Below, in pieces: positions 49,385 to 59,494 of a stretch of 64,000 nucleotides of DNA; within the stretch, counting starts at the first letter, position 1, and each line of letters begins with the position of its first letter. The stretch is from an uncultured Planctomycetota bacterium (GTDB lineage: Bacteria > Planctomycetota > Phycisphaerae > Tepidisphaerales > Tepidisphaeraceae), in NCBI GenBank assembly GCA_963841915.1, contig CAWJEN010000006.1:1184001-1248000 (forward strand). Reading direction: 5' to 3'. The notes under the pieces were generated by a model that searched no databases, was not told the origin of the DNA, and worked only from the letters and a program-made list of their open reading frames with translations. The position numbers and the translations under genes were made by a program.

Positions 49385-49539
49385 GGCCGTCGAACAGTTG
49401 CCGGTCTAAGGGCAAATGCTGTTGATGTAGCCGCAACATTATGGGACGGTGCAATCGCCCTGCTGTCGGCTCGGGCGCCGACGGCGGCACGTACTACGTC
49501 CCAATACGGTTTGCCGTATCTGCCTGAGGAGTCCAGAAC

Positions 49540-52500
49540 ATGTTTGATGCTTTACGTTCCGTCTCGGCCAAAGCCGCCGCAGGCAAAGCCGTCCTTCGCC
49601 GTGCGGCCATGATCGAGTCGCTCGAAACCCGCCGCCTTCTGTCGACGATCAACTGGGTCAACCGCAACGTCTTCACCGGTGGCAACGACAACCGCTTCGA
49701 CGACGTCTTTGGCTCGGCGGCCACGACGGCCATCAACGTCGTCGACCAGGCCATCACCGCATGGGAAGAAGTCATCGGTGACTTCAACTACTCCAACGGA
49801 TCCAACACGTACAACCTGACGCTGAGCATGGACGCCACCGGCACCGGCTTCGGAGCGTCGGCCGGTCCGAACGGCACCATCGGTGGAAAGCCCAGCCAAG
49901 GCTCGGCCCGCTTCAGCCGTGGTAACGACACCAACGGCGACGGCAACGGTGACGGACAGGGCTGGTTCCTGGACCCGACGCCCGACGACAACTCCGAGTT
50001 CCGCGGCAACCTCATCAACCCCTACACCCGCAACACCTCAGGCGGCCCGGCCGCCGGTCAGGGGGACTTCCTCACCGTCGTCACCCACGAAATCGGGCAC
50101 ACGCTCGGCTTCGTCAACAGCTCGCAGATCCGCGCCCTGTCGACCGACACCGGCGTCAGCGACGCCCAAAACGGCAACGTCGGTAACTACTGGCGGTTTG
50201 TCGGACCAAACGTCTCGACGCTCATGACCAGCAACAACGGCGGCTCGGGCGGCAGCGACTTCGGCGGACCCGTACACGCCGCCACAGGCGGTGCCAGCGT
50301 CTTTACCGGCGGCCAGACGTACGTCGGTGACTTTGACCTGATGACGCCGATTTACAGCTTCAGTCAGCGGAAACTCATCGACTACGGCGCAGCCTACATC
50401 CTGGGCGACTCGTACAACTACACCATTAACGCGCCAGCGCAGTTCGGCAACTTCTACGCCGTCATGAACGAAGCGACGAACGAGCTTCTCATCGAAGGTG
50501 CAGCCGGTAACAGCAACGATGTGGTCACGATCACCTCGTCAGGGTCGCAGACGACCGTCAGCGTCGACATCGGCAATGACGTCGCCGGTGCCGGTCGTTT
50601 TGCCGGTGCCGGGAACCTCCCGGCCTTCGTGCGCACGTTCTCCAACACCGACTTCGACACGATCCGCATCGACACGTTCAGCGGTGACGACGTCATCAAC
50701 GTCTTCGGCACCGGTGGCGCAGCGGTCGACGTCGACGCAGGCAGTGGCAGCGACGTCATCAACTTCGCCAACGACGATCTTGATCAGGTCGCAGGCACCA
50801 GCACGATCTCCGGCGGCAGCGGAATTGATGTCGTCAACTTCCGCGACCAGGGAGACGGCGGAGCAGACAACTATCTGCTCGAATCGAGCAGGTTGTCCAA
50901 AACCAGCGGCGGCGGCGTCTTCACATCCGTTAACTTCAGCAGTTTCGAGACCGTCACCCTGCTCGCCAACGAACAGGCCAACAGCATCGACGTGCAAGAT
51001 ACTGGCGGCTCTACCGAATATCGCATCTTCTCCAATGGCGGCGATGACATTGTGCGACTCGGGTCGGGTGACACGGACACCAACCTTACCGGCCGCGTTG
51101 AAGTCAACACCGGCGACGGTGTCGACCGCATCGTCTTCAACGACATCAGCGACACCGGTGACGACTTCTACAACTTCGACAGCGTCGGTGGCAGCTTCTA
51201 CCCGTACGAGTACGTCAAAAGCTTCGGCGGTGTCGTCGCCTTCGGCAATACAACCGAGATCGTGGAGCTTCAGGCGAACGAGGGCAACAACGACATCAAC
51301 TTCGACGCACCCGGTGCATTTGCCGCAGGCCTGACTTTCCAGGTCTTCGGCAACGGTGGTGATGACGAGGTGCTTGTCGGTGACGGCACCACCGGCATCG
51401 CCAACAACGACGCCACCATCAACTTCACAGGCGGCGCGGGCATTGACGCCCTTGTTTACAACGCCCAGAACGTCGGGGCCATCGCCACACGCTTCTTCGA
51501 CGGAACGACCCTCACCGGTGGCACGGGTGGCTCGTTTGCCGCGCTGGCCACAACGGAGGCGTTCGACCTCAACACCGGTAGCGGTCCAGATGTCATCGAC
51601 ATCAACGCCGTCGTTGCAAGCCTGATCCTCAACGTCAACAGTGGCTTGGGCAACGATACCGTGACGCTGGGTGGCGGCGACTTCGACACCAACATCAGCG
51701 GCACTGTTCGGATCGATCTGGGGTCAGGCTCCTCGGATTCGATCATCATCGATGACCTTGTCGACACCTTCGACGATCCGTACAACCTCACCAGCCCGAC
51801 ACCCTCGATCTTCGTTCCGGCCGGCTTTGTCACCTTCACAAAGGGCTTCGGCGGGTCTGCGGTCCTGACGAGCGCCACCATCGACACGCTGCGCATTCGC
51901 GGCAACAACGGCAACAACGCCTTCAACCTGCTCGGAGGGGGCGGCCTGCCAGCGTCGCTCGACCTCGTGATCGACGGTAACGACGGTGACGACACCCTCA
52001 ACATCGGCGACGGCTCCTTCGGCATTGCCCTGTGGGATCAGTCGACGACCTTCAACGGTGGCGCGGGGAGCAATACCGTCAACTTCAACGGGCAGAACCT
52101 GCCGGGCACAACGTACAACGTCCAAAGCGGAAGTCTCACCAACACGTTGAGCGGTGACGTGCTCTACAGCAACGTGAGCCTCTTCAACTTGAACACGGGC
52201 AACGGCGTCGACACGCTGCTCGTTGACAGCCTCGGCACGACGACCACATTCAACGCCAACCTCAACGGCGGCGGTGATGAAGTGGTTCTCGGCGACGCGA
52301 CGGACAACGTCGAAAACATTGACGGCCCCGTCAACATTTTTGCTGGCCCCGGTAATGACACGCTCGACTACCGCGACGCGGCCAACACCTTCGACGACGA
52401 CTACAGCTTTACCAACACCGGTGGCAACGGCCTGATCACCCGCTCGTTCGCCGGTAACGTTACGTTTGATGCGTCGCTCGAAACGGCTCAGCTGTTCGCC

Positions 52501-53235
52501 GGCTCGGGTGCCAACGTCATCAACGTCTCGGTTCCTACTCCAATAGACCTGGTCGTCGATGCCGGTCCGGGGACTGACGAGATTGTTATCGATGACACCG
52601 CCGATCGCGTTCGCGTCGATGCCGGTCCCGGCAACGACATCGTAACGCTCGGCACGAGCGGCGCGTTCACCGCTGCCGCCTTCATCAACGATCAGACGCT
52701 CAGCCAGCTCAACCTCTTCCAGCAGGCGATCAACCTGCAGCTGGGCGGTTTCCTCGACGTCACGTCGCTCAACTTCGACGGTGGCGTGATCGACGTGCTC
52801 GACTACGCCGGGGCGTTCCAGAACGTGTCGGGCAATTCGCCGCTCTTTGCCGGAACCGGCAATTCACCGGTGCGGATCGATCGACTGATCTCCGCCGGTT
52901 ACAACGGTGGCACGTGGACGCCCGGGCCCAATGGTGGCATCATCTCGTCGCTCGCCGACGCGACCAACTTTGCCGTCGGTCACGCACCTGGCAGCGTCGC
53001 CGCCCCGGGCGGTACGTTCCTCGGCAAGCCCGTCACCATCCTCGACACCCTTGTCCGCTTCACCCGCTACGGCGATGCCAACCTCGACGGCACGGTGAGC
53101 ATCCTCGACTTTGCCCGCCTCCGCGGCGGGTTCGGTAGCGGATCTGCCTGGTGGCAGGGTGACTTCAATTACGACGACAGCGTCAGCATTCTCGACTTTG
53201 CCGTGCTACGCGGCAATTTCGGGCTGAGCGTCTGA
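49540..53235 (+). CDS. Secreted zinc-metalloprotease-like protein with LEPRxLL leader, Gly/Asp-rich Ca-binding repeats and C-terminal dockerin-like domain
   Basis: IESLETRRLLS; HEIGHTLGF; GxGxD repeats; GDANLDGTVSILDF...WWQGDFNYDDSVSILDF. Confidence 0.85.
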   Translation: MFDALRSVSAKAAAGKAVLRRAAMIESLETRRLLSTINWVNRNVFTGGNDNRFDDVFGSAATTAINVVDQAITAWEEVIGDFNYSNGSNTYNLTLSMDATGTGFGASAGPNGTIGGKPSQGSARFSRGNDTNGDGNGDGQGWFLDPTPDDNSEFRGNLINPYTRNTSGGPAAGQGDFLTVVTHEIGHTLGFVNSSQIRALSTDTGVSDAQNGNVGNYWRFVGPNVSTLMTSNNGGSGGSDFGGPVHAATGGASVFTGGQTYVGDFDLMTPIYSFSQRKLIDYGAAYILGDSYNYTINAPAQFGNFYAVMNEATNELLIEGAAGNSNDVVTITSSGSQTTVSVDIGNDVAGAGRFAGAGNLPAFVRTFSNTDFDTIRIDTFSGDDVINVFGTGGAAVDVDAGSGSDVINFANDDLDQVAGTSTISGGSGIDVVNFRDQGDGGADNYLLESSRLSKTSGGGVFTSVNFSSFETVTLLANEQANSIDVQDTGGSTEYRIFSNGGDDIVRLGSGDTDTNLTGRVEVNTGDGVDRIVFNDISDTGDDFYNFDSVGGSFYPYEYVKSFGGVVAFGNTTEIVELQANEGNNDINFDAPGAFAAGLTFQVFGNGGDDEVLVGDGTTGIANNDATINFTGGAGIDALVYNAQNVGAIATRFFDGTTLTGGTGGSFAALATTEAFDLNTGSGPDVIDINAVVASLILNVNSGLGNDTVTLGGGDFDTNISGTVRIDLGSGSSDSIIIDDLVDTFDDPYNLTSPTPSIFVPAGFVTFTKGFGGSAVLTSATIDTLRIRGNNGNNAFNLLGGGGLPASLDLVIDGNDGDDTLNIGDGSFGIALWDQSTTFNGGAGSNTVNFNGQNLPGTTYNVQSGSLTNTLSGDVLYSNVSLFNLNTGNGVDTLLVDSLGTTTTFNANLNGGGDEVVLGDATDNVENIDGPVNIFAGPGNDTLDYRDAANTFDDDYSFTNTGGNGLITRSFAGNVTFDASLETAQLFAGSGANVINVSVPTPIDLVVDAGPGTDEIVIDDTADRVRVDAGPGNDIVTLGTSGAFTAAAFINDQTLSQLNLFQQAINLQLGGFLDVTSLNFDGGVIDVLDYAGAFQNVSGNSPLFAGTGNSPVRIDRLISAGYNGGTWTPGPNGGIISSLADATNFAVGHAPGSVAAPGGTFLGKPVTILDTLVRFTRYGDANLDGTVSILDFARLRGGFGSGSAWWQGDFNYDDSVSILDFAVLRGNFGLSV

Positions 53236-53255
53236 CCAGACGTAGCGTTGCGACG

Positions 53256-53885
53256 ATGTCGCTGCGCCACGCTGCTGTTCAATATTGCCTGATCCTCGTC
53301 ACCGCGAGCAGCCTTGCATCCCTCGGCTGCTCGCGGTCTACGTTGCGCAAGAGCGAAAGGCCGACCAGCCGGCCCGTCGGTGACCTCGGCACTGGCTTCT
53401 TCGAGCCGCGCGTCGAGGCCTTTGTCATTCCACCGACCGGCTGGGAGCTTGACACACCAAAGATCGATGACGATCGTGCGCATCTGACGTGGCTCAGCCC
53501 GTCACGCGACACGGCGTACGGCATCGTCTACTTCCCGATCCCCGCGGGCGTGGCTTGGTTGCCCAAGGGCGAATTCTTCCACGGTCAGGCGGCCGATCGG
53601 TACATTGAAGAGTTCAAGAAGGACACGGGCGACGCGATCGAGCTGTCCCGCGAGTGGGACAACGACCTGGACGGCATGCGCATCGTCGCCGAAGGCGGGC
53701 CGTACAAGGCGAGGTCGATTCTGCGGGTGCGTGGCAAAAGCGGCTGGAGCGTGTACAGCGGCACGCTCCGCGATCAGGAGGTTAATGAGAAAGAACTCGC
53801 CCTGTCGGAGAAGGCGCGTGAGGCGACGCAGATCGGTCGCGATGCCGAGGGTGGTGCCGACGCAGCCGAGGCGATGCTGGAATAG
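53256..53885 (+). CDS. Hypothetical lipoprotein
   Basis: Signal peptide with ASLGC lipobox. Confidence 0.7.
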   Translation: MSLRHAAVQYCLILVTASSLASLGCSRSTLRKSERPTSRPVGDLGTGFFEPRVEAFVIPPTGWELDTPKIDDDRAHLTWLSPSRDTAYGIVYFPIPAGVAWLPKGEFFHGQAADRYIEEFKKDTGDAIELSREWDNDLDGMRIVAEGGPYKARSILRVRGKSGWSVYSGTLRDQEVNEKELALSEKAREATQIGRDAEGGADAAEAMLE

Positions 53886-53997
53886 CGGATCGTCACAAAG
53901 TGGTCGCTCGAGCGAACCCATTGGCCATTCACGGGTCATACTGGTTGGTAGCCGAACCCGGTTGCCGACTCTCCAGATGTAGCCAAGGAGCTTCACT

Positions 53998-54678
53998 ATG
54001 ACGAACTTCACGACCATTGCCGCCCTTGCCCTTGCTGCCACGTGCGGCCTGGCCGGCCCGGCATCGGCAGATCGCGACAGCCGCTTCATCGACCGCGACG
54101 CCACCTCCGCCCGCGACCGCTTCGTGCAACGACAGAGCTCCGGCTTCGACCGGTACGACTCGGCTCAACTACGCGATGTCGAGGTCCGCGAGCAACGCCG
54201 GGCCGAAGATCGTCGCGAGCTGCTGCGTCGCGACGACTTCCTGCGGAGTGACCGGCACGCCGCCTCCACCGCTCGCGAACGGTATCTGGCTCAGCGCGAC
54301 AACCGCTTTGTTCCACAGCCGTCGGTCCACATTGTGCCCGTCCGGCAGTATCGCCCGGAGGTGATTCACCAGCCGACCGTGACGTACCGCCCGGCCGTCG
54401 TTTATCCCCTGACGAGGACGTATCAGCACGTCGAGCGTCGGCCTTCGCTCCGACTGGACTACAGCAGCGGTCACCGCTACAACCGCAGCTACCAGCAGTC
54501 GTACCACTACGGCAGCGGGCATCACTACACGCGGCCGACGTACTACCACCGCTCACGGTTCAACGGCCCGAGCTACTACCGCTACGAGCGCGGCCACTAC
54601 CGGCCTTACTCGAAGCCGGTGATCCGCAGCAGCTACCGCGACAGCCGCCCCAACATCGGCTTCTCGATCCGGTTCTGA
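53998..54678 (+). CDS. Secreted Arg/Tyr/His-rich low-complexity protein
   Basis: SD AAGGAG, signal peptide ending ASA, Tyr-rich tail, terminal NIGFSIRF. Confidence 0.75.
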   Translation: MTNFTTIAALALAATCGLAGPASADRDSRFIDRDATSARDRFVQRQSSGFDRYDSAQLRDVEVREQRRAEDRRELLRRDDFLRSDRHAASTARERYLAQRDNRFVPQPSVHIVPVRQYRPEVIHQPTVTYRPAVVYPLTRTYQHVERRPSLRLDYSSGHRYNRSYQQSYHYGSGHHYTRPTYYHRSRFNGPSYYRYERGHYRPYSKPVIRSSYRDSRPNIGFSIRF

Positions 54679-54709
54679 CCTGCGACAAATCTAAGCCTTT
54701 GCGGCCAGT

Positions 54710-55168
54710 TCAAGCCCTTGCGGCCAGCACTTCGCGAATGCGGGTGTTGGCCGCTTTTGCATCGACGCCGCCACCGCATTGCTTCATGAAGCCGCCGGTC
54801 GCCTTGCCGATGTCGCGTGGGCTGAACTCCGGGTGCTCGTCGAGAAACTTGTCCACCTTGGCAATGGTTTCCCCCGCGTCGGCCTGGGCCGGCAGGTAAG
54901 CGGCGACCACCTTCATCTCGTCGTCGAGCTTCGCCAACTGGTCATTGTCGCCGATCTTGACGTACTCGTCACGGCTCTTGGCAAGCCGCTTGTGATACGC
55001 CTGCACCATCTTGAGTGGCGTCGAGGGCGGGTTCTGCATGTCGGCCGAACGGGCCTCGGCCAGCAGCATGCGGATGACGCTCAGCTTCTCCTTTTCGCCG
55101 GCCTTCAGGGCCGTCTTCATGTCACTGGTGAGTTGGGCGGTCAAGTCGGTTTGGGTGTCGTCGGGCAT
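54710..55168 (-). CDS. GatB/YqeY domain protein
   Basis: LTSDMKTALKAGEKEKLSVIRML...YLPAQ...DIGKATG. Confidence 0.9.
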   Translation of the reverse strand: MPDDTQTDLTAQLTSDMKTALKAGEKEKLSVIRMLLAEARSADMQNPPSTPLKMVQAYHKRLAKSRDEYVKIGDNDQLAKLDDEMKVVAAYLPAQADAGETIAKVDKFLDEHPEFSPRDIGKATGGFMKQCGGGVDAKAANTRIREVLAARA

Positions 55169-55310
55169 GGTTGATCGGGCAATGGTCGGATTTGCCGCCT
55201 ATGGTAGTGCCACGACGCCGACCGCAAGGAGTGGCCGCCGTTGACCCCAAAGTCGACCCGACGCGCTGTAGCAAGCCCGGCGACTCGGCTGTTACCCCCG
55301 ACAACGAAAC

Positions 55311-56468
55311 ATGAGTGATACGGGCGACCAGACCCTGAGCGGGGTGCTGCACATCCCCGGTGACCGCGCCGACGGCACCCTTCGTGATCCAGAGGCGATG
55401 CTGCGCCCCCTGTTCGGCCCCAACGGCCGAGCGCCGGCGGTGCCGCGGAAGTACATCGACCAATGGAACCTGCGACCAGGCAACCTCGTCACGATCTCTC
55501 TTCGTCCTAACGGTAAGGTCAAGGACATCGTCCAGGTCGAGGACATGAAGCCCGAGCTGTGGGCCCAGGTGCCGGCCATCTACGACACAGTCGCCCTCGA
55601 TCCGGGCCCGCAGATCTACACCGAGCACGACCCGAAGGAGCCGTCGACACGCATCGTCGATCTCATTGCCCCGATCGGCTTCGGCCAACGTGGCCTGATC
55701 GTCGCCCCGCCGCGGGTCGGCAAGACGGTGCTCCTGCAGAACCTGGCCAAAGGCATCCACGCCAATCATCCCGAGGCAGAGTTGTACCTGCTGCTCGTCG
55801 ACGAGCGCCCGGAGGAAGTCACCGACATGCGGCGGAACGTGCCTGGCACGGTCATCGCCAGCAGCAACGACAACGACACACGCCAGCACATCGACCTGTG
55901 CACGCTGGCCGGTGAGCGATTCAAACGCCTCGCAGAAACCGGGCGCGACGTCATCGTGCTGATGGACTCGCTGACCCGCCTCGGCCGTGCCTTCAACCGC
56001 GGCTCCAACAGCGGCAAACTCATGAGCGGCGGCATCGACTCGCGGGCGCTGGAAGTGCCCAAGCGCATCTTCGGTGCCGCCCGCAAAATCGAGGGCGGCG
56101 GCAGCCTGACCATCGTCGCGACCTGCCTCGTCCAAACCAACAGCCGCATGGACGATGTCATCTTCGAGGAATTCAAGGGCACCGGGAACATGGAGCTGAC
56201 GCTCGACCGCAAGGCTGCCAACGATCGCATCTACCCGGCGTTCTGGCTCGCCAACTGCGGCACGCGCAAAGAAGAAAACCTGCTCGGCGACGAGGCCATG
56301 CCGGCCATCAACAACATCCGCAAACACCTTGCCGCTATGCCACCGGTGCCCGCCTTGCGGACGCTTATCGAGGCCGTCAGCCGCCACCCGAGCAATGCGA
56401 GCTTCATCAAAGCGATGACGCCCGAGAAGCCTCAGGAACGCGTCAAACGCCGCGCCGTCGGCCGGTAG
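55311..56468 (+). CDS. rho: Transcription termination factor Rho (short form)
   Basis: PIGFGQRGLIVAPPRVGKT, LLVDERPEEVTDM, DSLTRL, GGSLTIVAT, EEFKGTGNMEL. Confidence 0.95.
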   Translation: MSDTGDQTLSGVLHIPGDRADGTLRDPEAMLRPLFGPNGRAPAVPRKYIDQWNLRPGNLVTISLRPNGKVKDIVQVEDMKPELWAQVPAIYDTVALDPGPQIYTEHDPKEPSTRIVDLIAPIGFGQRGLIVAPPRVGKTVLLQNLAKGIHANHPEAELYLLLVDERPEEVTDMRRNVPGTVIASSNDNDTRQHIDLCTLAGERFKRLAETGRDVIVLMDSLTRLGRAFNRGSNSGKLMSGGIDSRALEVPKRIFGAARKIEGGGSLTIVATCLVQTNSRMDDVIFEEFKGTGNMELTLDRKAANDRIYPAFWLANCGTRKEENLLGDEAMPAINNIRKHLAAMPPVPALRTLIEAVSRHPSNASFIKAMTPEKPQERVKRRAVGR

Positions 56469-56469
56469 T

Positions 56470-59064
56470 TCAAAGTACCCCGAGCCGCTCACGCAAACGA
56501 CGAATCAGTTCATGCGCCTCCCGCGGCGACAATGCCTCGGGGTCGCACGCCGTCAGTTCATCGACCGCCCCTTGCACCTCCGGCGACACGCCCCCGAACA
56601 GGAACATCTGAGCCGCGTCACCCATGGGCACGCTGCGCACCTCGTCCTCGCCGTGCGAAACTTTAAGCCGCTGCAACAGCTCGCCCGCCCGGTCCGTCAC
56701 CGCCGTCGGCACACCCGCGAGCTTGGCAACCTGGATGCCGTAGCTCTGGCTCGCCGCCCCGTCGACGACGCGGTGGGTGAAGACGATGCCGCCCTCCCAC
56801 TCGCGGACGCTTGCACTGAGGTTGCCTACGCCCGGCAGCTCGTCGGCGAGTTTCGTCAGCTCGTGGTAGTGGGTGGCGAACAATGAGCGACTCCCGACGA
56901 CCTTCGCCAAATGCTCGGCTATCGCCCACGCCAGCGAAAGGCCATCGAGCGTGCTCGTCCCGCGGCCGACTTCGTCGAGGATGACGAGGCTGCGGTCGGT
57001 GGCGTTGTTGAGCAGGTTGGCCGATTCGGTCATCTCGACCATAAACGTCGAGTGACCCGCGTGAATCTCGTCGCTGGCCCCGACGCGGACGAAGAGCCGG
57101 TCGCAGACACCAATCGTCGCCGACGCGGCCGGAACATCGCTGCCGCACTGGGCCAGGAGCACGATCAGTGCGATCTGCCGAATAAACGTGCTCTTGCCCG
57201 CCATGTTCGGACCTGTGATGAGCCGCAGCGTGTCGGTCTCGCTCAGTCGCATCGGGTTGGCGACGAACTCGCTGCCGAGCTTTTGCTCGAGCGTCGGATG
57301 ACGGCCGTCTTCGATCTGCAGCACACGGCTGTGCTTTATCGTCGGTCGGCAATAACGCCTTTCTGCCGACAATGCAGCAAATCCGGCCAGCACGTCCGCC
57401 CGCGCCAGCCCTGCAGCCAACGCCTGCAACGGCTCGATCTTCGGGAGCAACTCATTCCGCACGCGCTCGAAGAGGGCCTGCTCAAGCTCCTGGGCCTTGC
57501 CCTCGGCACCCAGTGCTTTCTCCTCGTGTGCGTTGAGCACCTCCGTCGTGAACCGCTCTGCGTTCTTCGTGCTCTGTCGCCTGGCCCACTCGGGCGGAGC
57601 TTTGTCGGCGTGGAGTTTCGTCACCTCGACGTAGTACCCAAAGACGCGATTAAACCCGATCTTCAGCGACGGAATCTTCGTCTCCTCCGACAGTTGAAGC
57701 TGATACGCCGCCAGCCACTGCCGCCCGTCGCGGCCGATGCTGCGCAGCTCGTCGAGCGCCTGATCAAAACCCTTTGCAATGACGTTGCCGTCACGAAGAT
57801 TCACGGGCGGCTCGGCAGCGATCGACGCCTTCAACATCGCACCGATTCCTGCCGCAAATTCGGCGAATGTCGGCAGTTCCCCTGCCGCCGTGGGTACATC
57901 GCGCAAAGCCTCCAGCGTCGCCGGGAATCCCAACAGGCATGAGCGCAACGCCGCCAGATCCCGTGGTCCTGCACGATTCACCGCAAGCCGCCCGACGATC
58001 CGCTCGACGTCGCACGCTTCGCCCAGTCGCTCGCGGATCTGCGACAACCGCGACGCAGACGCCCTGAGCTCTGCGACCGCGTCTTGCCGCTCAGCAATGG
58101 ACTCAACCTTCGTCAGCGGCGACCGCAGCCACTCGCGCAGCATCCGTCCGCCCATCGGCGTCTTCGTACGATCAACCGCCGCCACCAGGGATCCGTCCGT
58201 CGATCCGCCGCGCATGGTGCGGGCGATCTCCAGGTTCCGCCACGACGCCGGGTCGACACGCAGGTAGTCGCCCGTCTCGTGCCGCGTGGGCGGCCTGACG
58301 TGATCCGCCTTTGCGCGCTGCGTTTCTTCCAGATAGCTCAGCACCGCCCCTGTCGCCGCGACGGCCGGGTCGTCGTCTTTGAAGCCGTAGCCCGAGGCGG
58401 TCGAGACGCCCCAGTGCCGCTGCAGTTCCTCGAGTCCGTGGCGATCGGTGAATTGCCAGCCGGGCCGACTGACGGTGCCCGTCACGCCGCGCCCGCGCAT
58501 GAGTCGCGCGACCGGATGCTCTTCACCACCTGCTGTCTCGGGCACGAGCAGCTCGGCCGGGCCGAGGCGCGCCATCTCGTCGAGCATCTCTGTCTCTGGT
58601 CCACTCGCCGCCGACAACTTGCCCGTCGAAAGATCGACCCATGCCACACCGCACCCGGCCTTACCAAATGCAACCGCCGCCAGATACGCCGCCGCTTTGC
58701 TCTCGAGCATCGGCTCGTCGGTCAGCGTGCCCGGCGTCACCAACCGCGTCACGTCGCGCTTCACCACGCCCTTGGCGTGCTTGGCATCCTCGACCTGCTC
58801 GCAAATCGCCACCCGATGCCCCGCCACGATCATCCGCTTGAGGTAGTTGTCGAGCTGGTGGTACGGCACGCCCGCCATCGGCACCTTGTCCCCGCGAGCA
58901 GTCAACGTGATGCCCAGCGTGCGGCTGCATAGCTTCGCGTCGTCGTGGAAGACCTCGTAAAAGTCGCCCATGCGGAAGAACAGGACGTAGCCGGGGTGCT
59001 TGTCCTTGAAATCCTGATACTGCCGCATCGCGGGGCTGAGCTTCTTCTCCTTCACGGCAGACAT
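56470..59064 (-). CDS. mutS: DNA mismatch repair protein MutS
   Basis: FRMGDFYE, ITGPNMAGKSTFIRQ, STFMVEM, DEVGRGTST, FATHYHEL, SYGIQVAKLAG. Confidence 0.98.
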   Translation of the reverse strand: MSAVKEKKLSPAMRQYQDFKDKHPGYVLFFRMGDFYEVFHDDAKLCSRTLGITLTARGDKVPMAGVPYHQLDNYLKRMIVAGHRVAICEQVEDAKHAKGVVKRDVTRLVTPGTLTDEPMLESKAAAYLAAVAFGKAGCGVAWVDLSTGKLSAASGPETEMLDEMARLGPAELLVPETAGGEEHPVARLMRGRGVTGTVSRPGWQFTDRHGLEELQRHWGVSTASGYGFKDDDPAVAATGAVLSYLEETQRAKADHVRPPTRHETGDYLRVDPASWRNLEIARTMRGGSTDGSLVAAVDRTKTPMGGRMLREWLRSPLTKVESIAERQDAVAELRASASRLSQIRERLGEACDVERIVGRLAVNRAGPRDLAALRSCLLGFPATLEALRDVPTAAGELPTFAEFAAGIGAMLKASIAAEPPVNLRDGNVIAKGFDQALDELRSIGRDGRQWLAAYQLQLSEETKIPSLKIGFNRVFGYYVEVTKLHADKAPPEWARRQSTKNAERFTTEVLNAHEEKALGAEGKAQELEQALFERVRNELLPKIEPLQALAAGLARADVLAGFAALSAERRYCRPTIKHSRVLQIEDGRHPTLEQKLGSEFVANPMRLSETDTLRLITGPNMAGKSTFIRQIALIVLLAQCGSDVPAASATIGVCDRLFVRVGASDEIHAGHSTFMVEMTESANLLNNATDRSLVILDEVGRGTSTLDGLSLAWAIAEHLAKVVGSRSLFATHYHELTKLADELPGVGNLSASVREWEGGIVFTHRVVDGAASQSYGIQVAKLAGVPTAVTDRAGELLQRLKVSHGEDEVRSVPMGDAAQMFLFGGVSPEVQGAVDELTACDPEALSPREAHELIRRLRERLGVL

Positions 59065-59202
59065 CGCTCAAAGCGTACGGTGCTTGTCCGGCAGGACGAG
59101 GCGAAGCCCGACGGCGCGCCAGCCCACTCGACGACGATCCGGCGGCGGTGAAAAATCGGCGTCAGGCCGCGCCTCCGCGTCAGCCTCCGGTACGAGACGA
59201 AA

Positions 59203-59475
59203 TTGCCCCACAACCTCCCTTTGCCCGCGCTCGTCGAGCCGCTCGGATCCCGCCGCCTGCTCACGAACCTGAGCAGCTACGAACTCCTCTCTCAAGCACC
59301 CGGCCGCACCAACGGCGTCCCGAGGAAGGAGGCCACCACCGTCGACTTCTTCTACCTCGCCGGCGACCGCAACCGCGACCGTCGGGTCACCATCCTCGAC
59401 TTCGCCATCTTGCGCGCCGACTTCGGAGCGTCCGTCGCCGCGCCCGCTGCGTCGTTGTTCGCCGACGACGAGTAG
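59203..59475 (+). pseudogene. Mini LEPRxLL-dockerin ORF (probable internally deleted secreted-protein gene)
   Basis: LVEPLGSRRLLT followed within ~25 aa by DFFYLAGDRNRDRRVTILDFAILRADFG...SLFADDE. Confidence 0.6.
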
Positions 59476-59494
59476 GCCGTGGTAGGCTCAATCC

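Noticed and set aside
49400..49520. c-di-GMP-I riboswitch (GGCAAA, GGTCTAAG words)
   Set aside because: Elements are in the wrong order and the GNRA/receptor architecture is absent.
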